DNA of 64,000 nucleotides from Pristiophorus japonicus (taxonomy: Eukaryota). Location of the stretch: positions 26,288,001 through 26,352,000 of the forward strand of contig NC_091999.1 of the NCBI RefSeq assembly GCF_044704955.1, given 5' to 3'. The notes beneath the pieces were generated by a model. The model had not been told where the DNA came from and did no database searches. It saw nothing but the letters and a program-made list of their open reading frames with translations. Positions 38,500-51,400 of this stretch are shown one piece after another (position 1 is the first letter of the stretch; each line of letters begins with the position of its first letter). The translations under genes were made by a program, and so were the position numbers.

Positions 38500-39015
38500 T
38501 TCAGAGCACTGAGCCCAATTCTCGGCTCCGCACCTCAGGAAGGATATACATGGAGGCGCTAAACTGCAGGTTTACCCGAATTAAACCGTGGCTAATAATG
38601 TAAAATGAGCAGGAGACGAGTATAGAACGTTAAGAGAGGATCCAATTGAGGTGTTTAAGTTGATAAATGGAATTGATCGAGTAGATATAGAAACATTTAT
38701 TTAGTTTGATGGGAGAGTCCAGAACAAGTAGCAGAAACTTAACATTAGAGTTAGGCCGTGCAGAGGTGATGTTACAAAGGATGGTTTCACAGGAAGAATA
38801 GTGCAAGTCGGGATTTCCCTCCCCAAAAGCTGATGAAGCTTGCTTTCAATTGAAAAGTTGAAAATTGAGATTGATAGATTTTTGTTAGGCAAGGTTATCA
38901 AGGGTTACGTAACCAAGGCGTGAAGATGGTGTTGATTGTTGATCAGCCATGATCTAACTGGTTGGCGGGACAGGATGGATGGACTGAATGGCCACCTCCT
39001 GTTCCTATGTTGCTA
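38500..39015 (+). mobile_element. Degraded CR1 3' fragment
   Basis: LRGDPIEVFK-like translation; ends ctcctgttcctatgtt. Confidence 0.65.
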
Positions 39016-39705
39016 TTAATGCCCTGAGGTCATATTTCACTCTGAGTCTCTCTCACCAGACATGATAAATGTTTAGTAATTACAGAAGTTAACAAACTAC
39101 CTCACATCATTACAAATGATGCCCCACCACAAAGACCCCTTGGAACTCCATTCTCCCGACCTTGCACGACTCATCTGACGGGGGCTGTGACTGGTTCCTG
39201 CACATTTTCACTGCAACAAGAGACCAGAAACTTAACTTTGTTTCCTGTGTCGCATAAATCCTGAAATTAATTTGACACTGGATTTGAACCAGTATAATGC
39301 TGGTGTAAATCTCTTGAACTTCGGGCTATTCGGGCTTCAGCTATTATAACCAGCGGAGATGAATTTGGGTGCAAGGATCTACAGACGGGCTTAAAGGAGC
39401 AAGGGATTTCAGGAAGAGCACTATTCAATGCCTAACACAATTGCGCCCCAATGTATTCCCATTTTACGCCGGGTATTTGCTTCACAGCCCATTACAGGTG
39501 GCTCTGGCTGCAAATACACAAGAAATGTTACAGATCTCCTGGAATCGTTGCCAATTCATTGTCCTTCCAATACCGCCGGTCTTAAAGCAACAGCGAGAGG
39601 TTGATATCTCAAAAGTGATATATCCCCTTGAAAGAGTTAAGGCTAAATATTGGTGCCCTGATTCTGAAGCTGCAGATTTTCCTGACTTTCATTCCTATTT
39701 CGCAG

Positions 39706-40014
39706 TGGATGTCCCATGCAGCGATTCAAAAATCACTCTTCGCCCACCGTCACTGGAACAGGTCTTACTGGAGGCGACGGTGACCTTAACCTGCATCGTG
39801 TCTGACGCTCCTTATGGACTCACCGTGTCCTGGACCCGAGAAAAGGAGGCTTTGAAATCAGAGATTGTTGTCCAACCTGGAGAGGATCCCAACAGTGTGA
39901 TCAGCAACTTAAACATCTCGACACAAGACTGGCTGAGTGGGGATAAGTTCTATTGCGTGGTGAGCCATCAGGATATGCCGACTCCTATCAGAGATTCCAT
40001 TCACAAGGAAAAGG
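39706..40014 (+). CDS. IGHM: IgM constant exon Cmu3
   Basis: [33 protein letters not shown]...W...[13 protein letters not shown]...KEK; acceptor tttcgcAG, donor GTGAGC; 309 nt. Confidence 0.96.
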
Positions 40015-40935
40015 GTGAGCGGGGAGATTGTTGCAATAAGTGAGATACTGTGATTATTTCCAGTGCATGTTCAAGGGCCAATTCATTATATAAAGTGTTT
40101 AATGGGCTACTCTGATCATTCAGTTTGGTAATTCCACGAACTCAGCACTCTGGGACCTGACATTATGTATTTTAGGGGAAACTGGATAAGTCCATGAGCG
40201 AGAAAGGAATAGAAGGGTATGTTATTAGGATTAGATTAAGTGAGCTAAGAGGAGGCTGATGTGGAACATACACACCGGCATAGACCAGTTGGCCAAATCT
40301 CCTCATTCTGTGCAGTAAATTCTATGTAATTTTCCAGACCAATCCTTCAAGATTTCAGAGAGAAGGATTGTGTTCCCTCTGCTGCGGGATGGAACACCAG
40401 AGAGGCCCCAGAGGGGAAAAGGAAAAGCGTTAAAATTTAATGGAGTGTCCATTTCTCTCACATCTAACCACCTGAAATTGGAAGAATTTAAATGAGGAAG
40501 GCGAGTTGTGGGCGCGGTGGTCTCACAGTCCAAACGGGAGAACGGGAAGATTGGAAGCCGAGTGAGGAGGTTTCAGATCGCGGGGGCTGGGTTAGGCAGG
40601 GACCCTGGATCCAGGGGGTAGAGGTAAGGGCAATTGCCACCTGGGTGCAGCGGTCCCCGCCTCGCTATAACTGCAGGGATTTACACAGTGTGTCAAACCG
40701 GACCAGCGACAGTTAAACACCAAATGGTGGTTAAAATAGAAGATTCCAGTCTCATTTAAATATTTTACTCAAATATAATATTACAACCGGGAGTGGGCGC
40801 GTTGAGGTCGGGATTCCGAATTTTACCAATTTAAAAATTTCCACGACCAAAGCCCGCCATCTGTATTGAATTAAAGTTTCCCCATTGTCTCTGGAACTGT
40901 CCAGTTCATTGGCCTTTATTGTAACTTTTCTATAG

Positions 40936-41327
40936 CGAAAGCTCCACGGGAACCAGCCGTATCTGTCCTCCTGCCCTCGGCAGAAGAAGTCTCCGCTCAG
41001 AGGTTGGTCAGCCTCACCTGCTTAGTGAGAGGTTTCTCCCCCCGAGAGATCTTCGTCAAATGGACCGTCAATGACAAGCCGGTGGATTCGGGCAACTACA
41101 AGAACACCGAGGTGATGGCGGAGAACGGCAGCAGATCCTTCTTCATGTACAGCCTGCTATCCATTGCAGCCGAGGAGTGGTCCAGCGGCGCTTCTTACTC
41201 CTGTGTGGTGGGACATGAAGCGATCCCCTTGAAGATCACCAACAGAACCGTCAATAAATCCAGCGGTAAACCCAGTTTCGTCAACATTTCCCTTGTTCTG
41301 ATGGACACCGTCAATTCTTGTCAATGA
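40936..41327 (+). CDS. IGHM: IgM constant exon Cmu4 plus secretory tailpiece
   Basis: [14 protein letters not shown]...[17 protein letters not shown]...[11 protein letters not shown]...NKSS|[20 protein letters not shown]; tailpiece NIS glycosylation site and penultimate Cys; internal donor G/GTAAAC at 41266 for the membrane form. Confidence 0.98.
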
Positions 41328-41355
41328 GAATCTCTCGATTGCATTTCAGTTCTTA

Positions 41356-41371
41356 AATAAAAAACAATAAA
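41356..41371 (+). terminator. Secretory poly(A) signals (2x AATAAA)
   Basis: AATAAA at 41356-41361 and 41366-41371, ~30 nt after the stop. Confidence 0.85.
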
Positions 41372-42129
41372 TGGCTTTTTTTTCCAATCATGAGTTAAAC
41401 ACACAGCCGCTCAATTAACTATGTTTCCTATTTTTGCCAATGTCAGGGCTGTTTATCTGAAGTCGGGTGTTTGCGCGTCTCGCTCCCAAGGCTTGTACAG
41501 CCAGCGCTCCCAGCTCAGATACACCATGCGTTGGAGACTGGGTGAAGTTCTCTCATTACAGGATTCCTGAAAGTAACTTCAGCAGAGAGAGAGTAAAGGG
41601 TAATTTTAACTCACTGTACCTCTCACACCCACCAGCGAGAGGGGAACGGGAAATACGTAATTCACGTAACCCCCACTGCCCCTCCCGCAGGGAGATGGGC
41701 AGTGAACCACTCTCTTTTAAATGCACTAAGTTGCCATCAGTACAATGTCACATTCTAACTCATGGTCTAAAGATTTTAAACTTGTCACATGAGTATTATA
41801 TTCTGATATAACTATTTATTCCACGTAATATTTTTAAATAGGGTTGGGGGTGCAACAGTCCCTGTTAATTGTAACCTAACATGCTGAATTCAATGGGCCA
41901 TATCTAAACTGGTGATTGTATCCTCTGCGGGTTTCTCACAGTTGTGTCCCTGATGTTTCTGAGGCCCATCGGTTGAATTGTTGCATTCCTTCGGCTGACG
42001 TCACATTGTGCCTCACACAGGACACACTTACACAGAGCAGGGAGAATACATGTGGAGGTGAGTTTGTCTGTGTTCATATGTAAGTGTGCTGATGATTTTG
42101 TCTAAGTGTGTGTGTTTTTGTGTAAGTGC

Positions 42130-43420
42130 ACAATTACACACAAACACACATAGACTTACATATAAAGACATACATTAACACTCTGGCACATAATATTATA
42201 CATAACTAGAATATCATGAAAACCATCATTGTCAAATCCAGTTATTGGTACTCTCTAAAACTTTGAACAATAGCAATAATACACGGCAATCTAAACGCAC
42301 ACTTACACAACGGATACTTACACACACTTACACACACATAGACACACACTTCAATCCACACACATACTTACGCAAAACACACCTACACACATAAACACAT
42401 ACATCAATCCACACACAAACTTACGCAAAACACACTTACACACACATAGACACACGCATCAATCCATACACACACACTTGCAAAACAAACTTACACACAC
42501 TTTTACACACATAAACACATACATCAATCCACACACACATTTACACAAAACACATTTACACACACATAAATACACATCAATCAACACACACACTTACACA
42601 AAACACACAAACAGACTTACACATACATAAATACACACATCAATCCACACACACACGTACACAAAACACACACACACTCGTAAACAAACGCATCAATCCA
42701 AACACACATTTACACAAAACACACAATCGCTTACATGCAAATACACAATTGCACTTAGACACACACATTAATCAAAACACACACTGACACAAAACACACA
42801 CACACAAACACATAAACTTACCTGCAAACCCATTGTTACACATAAACACACACACGCTTACACCTAAACATGAACAACACTGCGACATAGCCATACACTT
42901 ACAGGGAAACACACACCTGAACACATTTACACAAGCATGAACACGCATATAAATCCAAACACAAACTAACACAAAACACACACACACAAACTTACAGGTA
43001 AACACAATGTTACACGAAAACTCACACACACACATTTACACCTCAACATAAACAAACGCTTAGACATAACCTTACACATACACTTACAGGGAAACATACA
43101 CATAAACATACATATACACAAGGATACACATACACTTACACATAAGCACACACATGAACACATTTGCACACGCACACACACACACATACACACACACACA
43201 CAAACCCTTAGATATGAACATGTTTACACATAAAAGTACACACACTCACCTACACCAAATCGCACACTCACAATTAAATATAAACACACACACTTACATA
43301 TAAACACAAGCGTTCTTAAACAAAACATAAACAAATATTTCCACACACATACACAATCTTACAACTATACATACGCACAACCCCACAGATCAACACCCTC
43401 ACAGGGAAACACAAACACCG
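42130..43420 (+). repeat. CA-rich low-complexity tract (~1.3 kb)
   Basis: Imperfect (CA)n with recurring catcaatccacaca / cttacaca units. Confidence 0.92.
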
Positions 43421-44108
43421 ACTAATCCAAAACAAGAGATAGTCATACAGTGATAGAGACACTAAAGAGCACAAACAAAAACGTCAGGCTATAGAAGAAT
43501 GTAGAACTAAGATACAGTTTTTGGACGGATAAAGTATCCAACGCTTGGCCTGAATAAATAATTCCTGATACCATAATATATCACATTTTACTATTCTGGC
43601 CTTACACATACATTGGATCAATGTAGTTGTTGCAAACTGACACGTTATTTATGTTCAGAGCATTGCCGTAACAAATAAAAAAACAAGGTACAATTCACAA
43701 CTGATCTCTTACATAGACTCCTTGGCAGCCTCCAACTAAGTAACTACCTTAACCTAGTGGAAAAATAATCGATATCCTGCTGTAAACCTTCCTCGATGTT
43801 TCATCGTATTATTCCCGAAGGATAGATCGTAGCAAAGTCATCCAAAATCATTTAGCCTCTGACATGGAAGAAAAACTATCATATTTTCCAAAACGGACTA
43901 CAGGGGGATCATAAAGGAAGAGCGGCAGTGGAGTGAGGAACAGTGAGAGATTGCTGAGAGTAATTAACTTAACACAAAATATACATTGGAAGTCCAATTA
44001 AAGAAAAAACTAATACCTTAAGGGAAAGAAAAGAGAATATAAAATAATAGTATGATACCCGGGATTAATAAATGATCTGAATATATTTCCTCCCCTACAT
44101 CCCCGTAG

Positions 44109-44236
44109 ATTCCTCAGACCACATCTGGAATGAAGACTATGAGTACGAGAGCGGCAACATCTGGACAACAGCTTCCACATTCATCATCCTGTTCTTCCTG
44201 AGCATTTCCTACAGCGCTGCCGTCACTCTGGTGAAG
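44109..44236 (+). CDS. IGHM: IgM transmembrane exon TM1
   Basis: DSSDHIWNEDYEYESGNIWTTASTFIILFFLSISYSAAVTLVK with the CART motif; acceptor ccccgtAG, donor GTGGGA; in phase with the Cmu4 internal donor. Confidence 0.95.
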
Positions 44237-44376
44237 GTGGGAAGATTCAATCCGCTCACACTTCCATCTGACTGAAGCCGTTTGACAAATCTCTGGATGT
44301 TTCATTAATAAAAACCCTGAGATAAATGACCCGGACCACTAAAATTCCGCTTCATTCTTTTATCCCTCTTTTACAG

Positions 44377-44385
44377 CTCAAGTGA
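44377..44385 (+). CDS. IGHM: IgM TM2 exon (LK*)
   Basis: Pyrimidine tract plus ttacAG, then CTC AAG TGA; AATAAA at 44447-44452 and 44627-44632. Confidence 0.85.
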   Translation, partial: LK

Positions 44386-44737
44386 TGGTCTGAATTTCGG
44401 CCGCCGTGGATGTTCCTCATCTGTTTATCATCTCTCTGTCACTAAAAATAAAATATGTCCTCTTGGTGATTCTCAGAGTAAAATGTCTCAGTTACTAGAT
44501 CCGAATCAGTCGCTGAGAAATATATAACTGGGATTTCCGTCTCTCTGTTTGAAATGTGTGCGATAATTGTGGCTGTAATGTAACTGTATCTGAGAGTTTC
44601 ACTGTGCTTTGTACATTTCATGTGTAAATAAATAACTTTTCTCATTCTTATTCACAAGTGTTCCCTTCCCTTTATGCTGAGCCCCTGTTCACTCGCTCTG
44701 ATGTTTGTCACAACTGTACAGATAGCTGGCAGCTCCG

Positions 44738-45170
44738 ACATAAGAACATAAGAAATAGGAGCAGGAGTAGGCCCTATGGCTCCTCGAGTCTGCTCCATCA
44801 TTCAATAAGATCACGGCTGAACATCGACCTCAACTCCACTTTCCCGCCCAATAGCATATCCCTTGCTTCTCCTAGGGTCCAAAAATCTAACTATTTGAGC
44901 CTTGAATATATTTAGAGACTCAGCATCCACAGCCGTCTGGGGTAGGGAATTCCAAACATTCAAAACCCTCTGAGTGAAGAAATTCCTCCTCATCTCCGTC
45001 TTAAATTGCCGATCCTTTATCCTGAGAGAGTGCTCCCTGGTCCTGGAGTGTCCAGCCGCTGGAAACAAACCTTCAGCATTTAACTTGTCAAGCGCCCTCA
45101 GAATCTTATGTTTCAATCAGATCACCTCTCATTATTCTAAACTCCAGAGAGTACAGACCCAATCCGCCTG
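44738..45170 (-). mobile_element. 5'-truncated CR1 LINE
   Basis: ORF 44811-45116 FFTQRVLNVWNSLPQ; acataagaacataag tail. Confidence 0.88.
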
Positions 45171-45707
45171 TATTCGGTTCTCAATGTATTGCTCAGTTAT
45201 ATTCACTTTGTGTTCACTTTTTTACACTTCCCTGTAAATTGTTTTCTGTGAAATTGTTAATAAATCTGGAATGACAAATTGAAGTAACTTGGATTTTCTC
45301 CATGGCTCCTGTACACCGCTTCATTTTTCCTGTCACACTGTGTTTTATTTGCCTGACAGGTATGTTTCACCCGTTCTGTCTGGGATGTGATTGAACCCAA
45401 GTCCCATTGGTGAATGACCCACGGCGCCACCCAATGTCCCATCGGAGTAAAGACACCTCGACCACTGCCTTGTTGTATCGGTCCCAGAGGCGGAATTACG
45501 GCACAACGACCAGGTGCACCATGCAGTCTCCTCTAATATTATGGTCTGTCACAGTCACATGGCAGGTTCTATTAAAAAACAGGACTCCATTCCGTCACAG
45601 ATTGTCACACTTCAGTACACGGCAGAGTACTTTCACTCTCCCAGGGCAGGTACAGCACGGGTTAGAAACCTGACACAAACGCCCAAATTATCACAACCCC
45701 GGAGAAT

Positions 45708-46235
45708 GGCCCCCAATAGGGTGAGCCTGTGCTGGCGCAAAAGGGTGAGCCTGTGCTGGCCCAATAGGATGAGCCGGGCTGGCCCAATAGGGAGAGCCCA
45801 TGCTGATCCAATATGGTGAGCCCGAGCTGGCCGAATCGGGTGAGCCCGGGCTGGTCCAATAGGGTGAGCACATGCTGGCCCAATAGGGTGAACCCATGCT
45901 GGCCCAATAGGGTGAGCCGGGTTGGTCCAATAGGGCGAGCCCGGGCTGGCTCAATATGGCGAGCCCAGGCTTGCTCAATCGGGTGAGCCCAGGCTGGCCC
46001 AATAGGATGAGTCTGTGCTGGCCCTATAGGATGAGCCCATGCTGGCCCCATAGGTTGAGGCCATGCTGGCCCAATAGTGTGAACCCGCGCTGGCCCAATA
46101 GGGTGAGACGGGTCTGTCCAATAGTGTGAGCCCGGGCTGGCCCAATAGGGTGAGCCGGGCTGGCCCAATAGGATGAGCCGGGCTGGACACATAGGCCGAG
46201 CTTGGGCTGGCCCAATAGGATGAGCCGGGCTGGCA
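45708..46235 (+). repeat. ~24-bp minisatellite carrying a CCAAT box in most units (ggcccaatagggtgagcccgggct)
   Basis: About 22 tandem units. Confidence 0.92.
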
Positions 46236-46299
46236 CAGGGTCACCAGACAACAGTCAGCACAACAAGGCTCCCTGTCAGGGCCCACTGACCTGGTCACA

Positions 46300-46700
46300 A
46301 ACATGTGTCCAATCAAACTGACTGAAGCCCCGCCCATCCATTATCGCTGCCCAAAGGGCCGCGCATGCGCCGCGAGATCCGCTCTGACCAAGATGGCGGC
46401 CACTGAGCCCGCTGCCCAAACCTGACCAAGATGACGGCCGCTGAGCCCGCTGCCCCGGACGCTCACTGACTGGGCCTGGAACCGGGCTGTGATTCGGTTA
46501 TTGGGGACGAGCCCGGGTGTATGTGAAGCGGATGGTGCCGAGTGTTGTCTCTCGGGCCTGGGCCCGCGCTTGGGCTGCGTGTCCCGCCCGGGGTTTATTA
46601 ACGCAGGGAACTATTGGTTCTGCACTTTGTGACTGACCGGAGACAAGCCCCGCCCCATCTGGGCCCGAATCATTCTGTGCATGTGGGGCAGAGAAATAAA
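46300..46700 (+). promoter_or_regulatory. CpG-island promoter (CCAAT, GC box, NRF1, YY1)
   Basis: ccccgccc 46328-46335, GCGCATGCGC 46361-46370, CAAGATGGCGGC 46389-46400; CpG-dense. Confidence 0.7.
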
Positions 46701-47447
46701 ACTTGGGTAAGGCACTTCGGATGGGGGAGGCATGCACTGGGACTGGGGTAAGGCACTTCGGCTTGGGGAGGCGTACACTGGGACAGGGGTAAGGCACTTT
46801 GGCTGGGGGAGGCGTACACTGGGACTGGGGTAAGGCACTTTAGCTGGGGTGGGGGCATGCACTGAGACTGAGGTAAGGCATTTCGGCTGGGAGATGCATG
46901 CACTGGGACTGCGGTAAGGCACTTTGGCTGGGTGATGCATATACTGGGACTGGTGTAAGGCACTCCGGCTGGGGGAGGCCTGCACTGGGAATGACGTAAG
47001 TCACTTCGGCTGGTGGAGGCGTGCACTGGGACTGGGGTAAGGCACTTCGGCTGGGGGAGGCATGCACCGGGACTGGGGTAAGGCACTTCGTTTGGAGGAA
47101 ACTTCCACTGCGACTGGAGTAAGGCACGTTGGCTGGGGGAAGCATGCACTGCGACTAGGGTAAGGCACTTTGATTGGGGGAGGCATATATTGGGGTAAGG
47201 CTCTTCGCCTGTGGGAGGCATATACTGGGACTGGGGTAAGGCATTTTGTTTGGGTGAGGCATATATTCGGGTAAGGCTCTTCGCCTGGGGAGGCATATAC
47301 TGGGACTGGGGTAAGGCACTTTGGCTGGGGGAGGAATGCACTGGGACTGGATAAGGCACTTTGGCTTGGGGAGGCATATACTAGTACTGGAGTAAGGCAC
47401 TTCGACTGGGGAAGGATGCACTGGGACTGGGGCAAGACACTTTGGCT
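46700..47447 (+). repeat. 41-bp minisatellite (ggggtaaggcacttcggctgggggaggcatgcactgggact)
   Basis: About 18 tandem units; GT positions at 46707, 46748, 46789 and onward. Confidence 0.92.
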
Positions 47448-47619
47448 GGCAGTCGCTGTCTTCTGGGAGCTCTGCCTCTGTTGTTTCAGGAAGTCAAAGT
47501 GGATCAAGTTACAATTTGCAAAGTAAATGAGACGTTGGGATGGGCGGTTTCAGTTACACATTCGAGTGACACCTCAGGCTGTGGCTTATCTTCCAAAGGA
47601 ACCAATCATGGAAAAAGGT

Positions 47620-47855
47620 TGGAGCATGGCGGCCATTTTTGCAGTACAAATATGCACGTCCTTTATTAAATCGCTCCCTCCCTCCACCCATCTCTGACCC
47701 CCTGTCTCACCCACCGCGCATGCTCAGCTCACACTGCCTGGCTGATTGACGGCAGCTCCCGACCAATAGGGAGAGCAGTTGTGGAGCTGGAGGTCTGGGT
47801 GGGCGGTTAGTCTTCCAACCAATCAGCGTGTGCAAGGGGTGCGGCTTGTGGCCCC
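47620..47855. promoter_or_regulatory. Second promoter-like motif cluster (YY1, NRF1-like, CCAAT x2-3, GC box)
   Basis: atggcggccatttt, cgcgcatgc, ccaatagg, gggcgg, ccaatcag within ~230 bp. Confidence 0.55.
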
Positions 47856-48394
47856 TGTATTGTGTAGGGTTAATCACATAGGGTTAATTATGATATTTCG
47901 ACATTTACAGTTTGTTTCTGCTTCATGCCTCGTGGAATGTTGTTGATGCAGAGAGAGAGAGAGAGAGAGAGAGACCTTGATGCACACACCAACTTGTTTA
48001 TGGGACGGTCGGCGCCTCGAGGTCTCATGTTTTGTGGAAGAACAGCTGGGGCCTTACTGATTTGGAGTTGGCCATAAACCACATGCACCCATGTTTGTTC
48101 AATAGTATAAAGGAATGGAACTGTCCAGTAGCTCTTTGAACTTCACCTTGGACCGTGATTCGCGTGTGGTGCCGGGACCCCTAAGGCTCCAGACCAGCCG
48201 TCGTTGCGGAGTTCCCGATGGTCCGAAGGCTATGAGCTTTGTTGCATCTTATAATACTTCTCTTTTCTTCTTAAACTGTATTATGTTTATTTTCCCTCAG
48301 TAAACGGTGTTTTATCTTTACTTCAATTGTCTTGTCTCTTATTAAACATTCATCCAGATCCCGAACCTGGGTCTATTATTATCGATCCAAAAAA
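47856..48394 (+). repeat. 5' LTR
   Basis: TGTATTGTGTAGGG...GATCCAAAAAA; direct repeat of 53659-54188; TATAAA and an internal (GA)n. Confidence 0.92.
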
Positions 48395-48397
48395 TGT

Positions 48398-48415
48398 TGA
48401 CGTCACGAACATGAT
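48398..48415 (+). other. Primer binding site, tRNA-Ser(CGA)-like
   Basis: TGACGTCACGAACATGAT matches 16/18 of TGGCGTCACGAACAGGAT, the complement of a vertebrate tRNA-Ser(CGA) 3' end (from memory). Confidence 0.75.
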
Positions 48416-48423
48416 CTGGTAAA

Positions 48424-51400
48424 ATGTTTAAGAGAAAAGACAAGGAGCAGTCTCCTCCTGCGGGAGAGAAGTATAGAATACCAGGGTGGAGCACGTGTGA
48501 TGAGGGTTTTGGCTCTCTTGCCAATGTGCTAGCCCAGTTTGCACCCCCGCAACATTGGGATATGCAGTTATTGGAACAGAGCAAAGATAGAACCGTAGCC
48601 CACAGGAGAAAAGTAGTCCCTCACAAATGGAATGGATTTTGTTGACAGCATTAAGGACGATGTGTAAACAACTTAAGGAAAGTGAGGCAGAAAACCTAGA
48701 GTTAAAAACAGCTGTTAAAGTTTTTGAAAGTCAAAACTCGACTCTCACTGAAGCGGTCCGCACTGCACAATAACGGGTGGACAAGCTCAATGAACAATCA
48801 GAAACTTTAATATGCCATCTGGTGAAAGTAAAAAATTATTAAAAAGCCAGACGATGGAAATTGCAGATAGATCGGTCAAAGGTACGTGCATTGGTAGCTG
48901 GACCCACTTGGGATCCGGCTCATTGGGAAGGAGACATCTGGTACTCCTCTTACTCAGAATATGAGTGGACAGATGGAGAGGGGGGGGACGGGAGGAAACT
49001 AAAAATCCTCCCCCATACGCTCCGAGCACGAAAGCTAGACCCCTTATGACAAATAAGGCGAAACAGCAAGATGGGGAACAGCTGGTAACCACTAGAGGGG
49101 TGCGTGACTTGACCACTAGTGAGTTACAAGAAATAGGGTCTCGATTTCGCAAAAAACCCGAGGAACCATTGTCAGAATGGCTAACCCGGATTTGGGATCA
49201 GGGAGCATCAGGCGTAATATTTAACCCTGAAGAGTTAACAAAACTGAGGACTATGATTACGGACCACTATATCACAGCAGTGCTACGGAATGTCCAGGGA
49301 ACAAGTCGCTATGGGACATGGTTATTATAGGGGTCCAGCAAAAATATCCCTCTCCGTTGATTTGGAAGTGGAGGTAAAACCTTGGAGTACTGTAGGAGAG
49401 GGTGCAATACAATTGCGCAACATGGCAACACAGGGAGGAATATATCACCAACAATATGGGGGGCCAGACCAGGAGCTCTTTACGGCAGGAATGCTGAGCA
49501 GGCTGATGAAGAGTGGCCCTCCTATGATGAGGGGTGCACTACTCGCATTATTGGGACCAGCCCAAGGGCAGCGGGTAGGGGACGCTTTCCTGTTGTTAGG
49601 ACAGTTAGAGGATGTAGAAGATAGTGTGGGAGAGTCGAGAACGGCTAATGTAGAGGGGGATCAGGACCAGCGACAAGGTTCGACCTCTGGGAAAGATATA
49701 GGGTCAGGAAAGAAAAAAAAATAATTTTGCGGAGGGACATGTTCACGGCTTTACTGAAAGCAGGGGTCCCCAAGGAAAAAATTGATGGAATCCCAACAGG
49801 AGCAATGTATTCTATGTGGAAGCAACGCTGCGTCCCGGGAACAGGGAAGGGAAAAAGGAGGGAGGTAAGGGAGACTAAGTCGGATAGCGACAAGTCTGCG
49901 GATGCGGAGAAACCACCTCCCACTAGCCTATACCCCAGCGTAGAAGAGCTGTGGAAGGCTAGTAATCCCCTCGAATGGGGTGTGGCCAGGATCCGGGAGT
50001 ACTCCCCGTTAGAACCACATCAACCCAAGTTCCCGGGGATCTGAGGCCACACATTCCGATTACGATACAGTGGCGGAGCAGGGGCGAACATACAAAGAGA
50101 TGTTGCTTTACTAGACACAGGGGCAGAAGTTACTATTATCCATGGAAACCCTAGGAAACACACAGGGACCCGTGTGATGATTAATGGGTTCGGAGGGGCA
50201 GAAACGCCCGCTGTCCGAACAACTATCAAAATGGCGTTGGGAAATGGGCCTCCGCGCTGGGTAACGGTCTTAATATCGGCAGTAAAGGAACATATTATTG
50301 GGATGGACCTTTTAAAGGGAATCACACACAACAACTCGTTTGGGCGATTCTCATTCGGGATATGGGCGATCACTGAGATTGCAGGGAAGCAAAGTAGGAA
50401 CCAGTGGTAATACCATGGCCATCGCGTATAGTGACTATGAAACAGTACCGCATACCTGGGGGACACAAAGAAATAGGGGAAACCATACAAGGGCTCTTGG
50501 AGGCAGGAATCATTAGACATGTGGTGTCCCCCTACAATAGCCCTGTTTGGCGTGTGCAGAAATCCGACAAAAGTTGGAGGATGACTGCGGATTACCGACA
50601 ACTGAACAAATGTGCCCCTCTCCTGGCAACTGCTGTCCCAGATGTAGTAACTATAACAGAGCGGCTGTCTCAAGAAGGTGCGGAGTGGTATGCGGTAACC
50701 GACCTGGCCAATGCCTTCTTCTCCATTCCAATAGCGAAAGAATCCCAGGACCAGTTTGCATTCACTTGGGAAGGGAGACAATACACGTTTAAAGGCCTAC
50801 CTCAAGGTTACCGACATAGCGCTACCCTATGCCAAGGATTGGTGGCCCGGGACCTGGACATGTGCACGTTGGCTCCTAATGCCTCACTGGCACACTACAT
50901 CGATGATGTACTAATAAGGGATCCCACCGAGGCTGTGGTGTCAGAAGCCCTAGCTACTTTAGTCCAACACATGAGAGACAGGGGCTGGGAGATAAATCCG
51001 AAGAAGATGCAGGGCCCGAGCCAGATTGTCCAGTTTCTGGGGATCCAATGGTCTCGGGGTGAGCGCGTCATACCCGAGCCTGTGAAGAATAACATTCAAG
51101 AAATGGCCACCTCCACGAATAAAACTGAGACACAACGGTTCGTGGGACTATTGAGTTACTGGAGGAGACACAACCCTCACCTCACGATGCTTTTAAAACC
51201 GTTGTATGCCGTAACACGAAAAAAGGCCCACTTCGAGTGGGGAAAGGAACAACATGCAGCCAAAGAAGCCGTAGCTCAAGCTTTACCCCTAGCCCCACGA
51301 GTGCCTGGACAGCCTTTTGAGCTCCAGGTATCCGTTACCAATGATACTGCAGTATGAAGTTTGTGGCAGGTTCAACATGGCACTCGTATATCGTTAGGGT

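Noticed and set aside
39369-39705. N-terminal extension of the 224-aa ORF over Cmu3 (likewise the ORFs over Cmu1 and Cmu2)
   Set aside because: Intronic read-through upstream of clear splice acceptors
40430-40880. GC-rich segment in the Cmu3-Cmu4 intron as a MITE or extra exon
   Set aside because: Could not define terminal inverted repeats, a TSD or an Ig-like frame by eye
42735-42742. Octamer motifs at 42735 and 56479
   Set aside because: Inside low-complexity or Gypsy sequence; several hits are expected by chance in 64 kb
45662-47507. Overlapping minus-strand ORFs of 100-235 aa
   Set aside because: Products of the 24- and 41-bp tandem repeats
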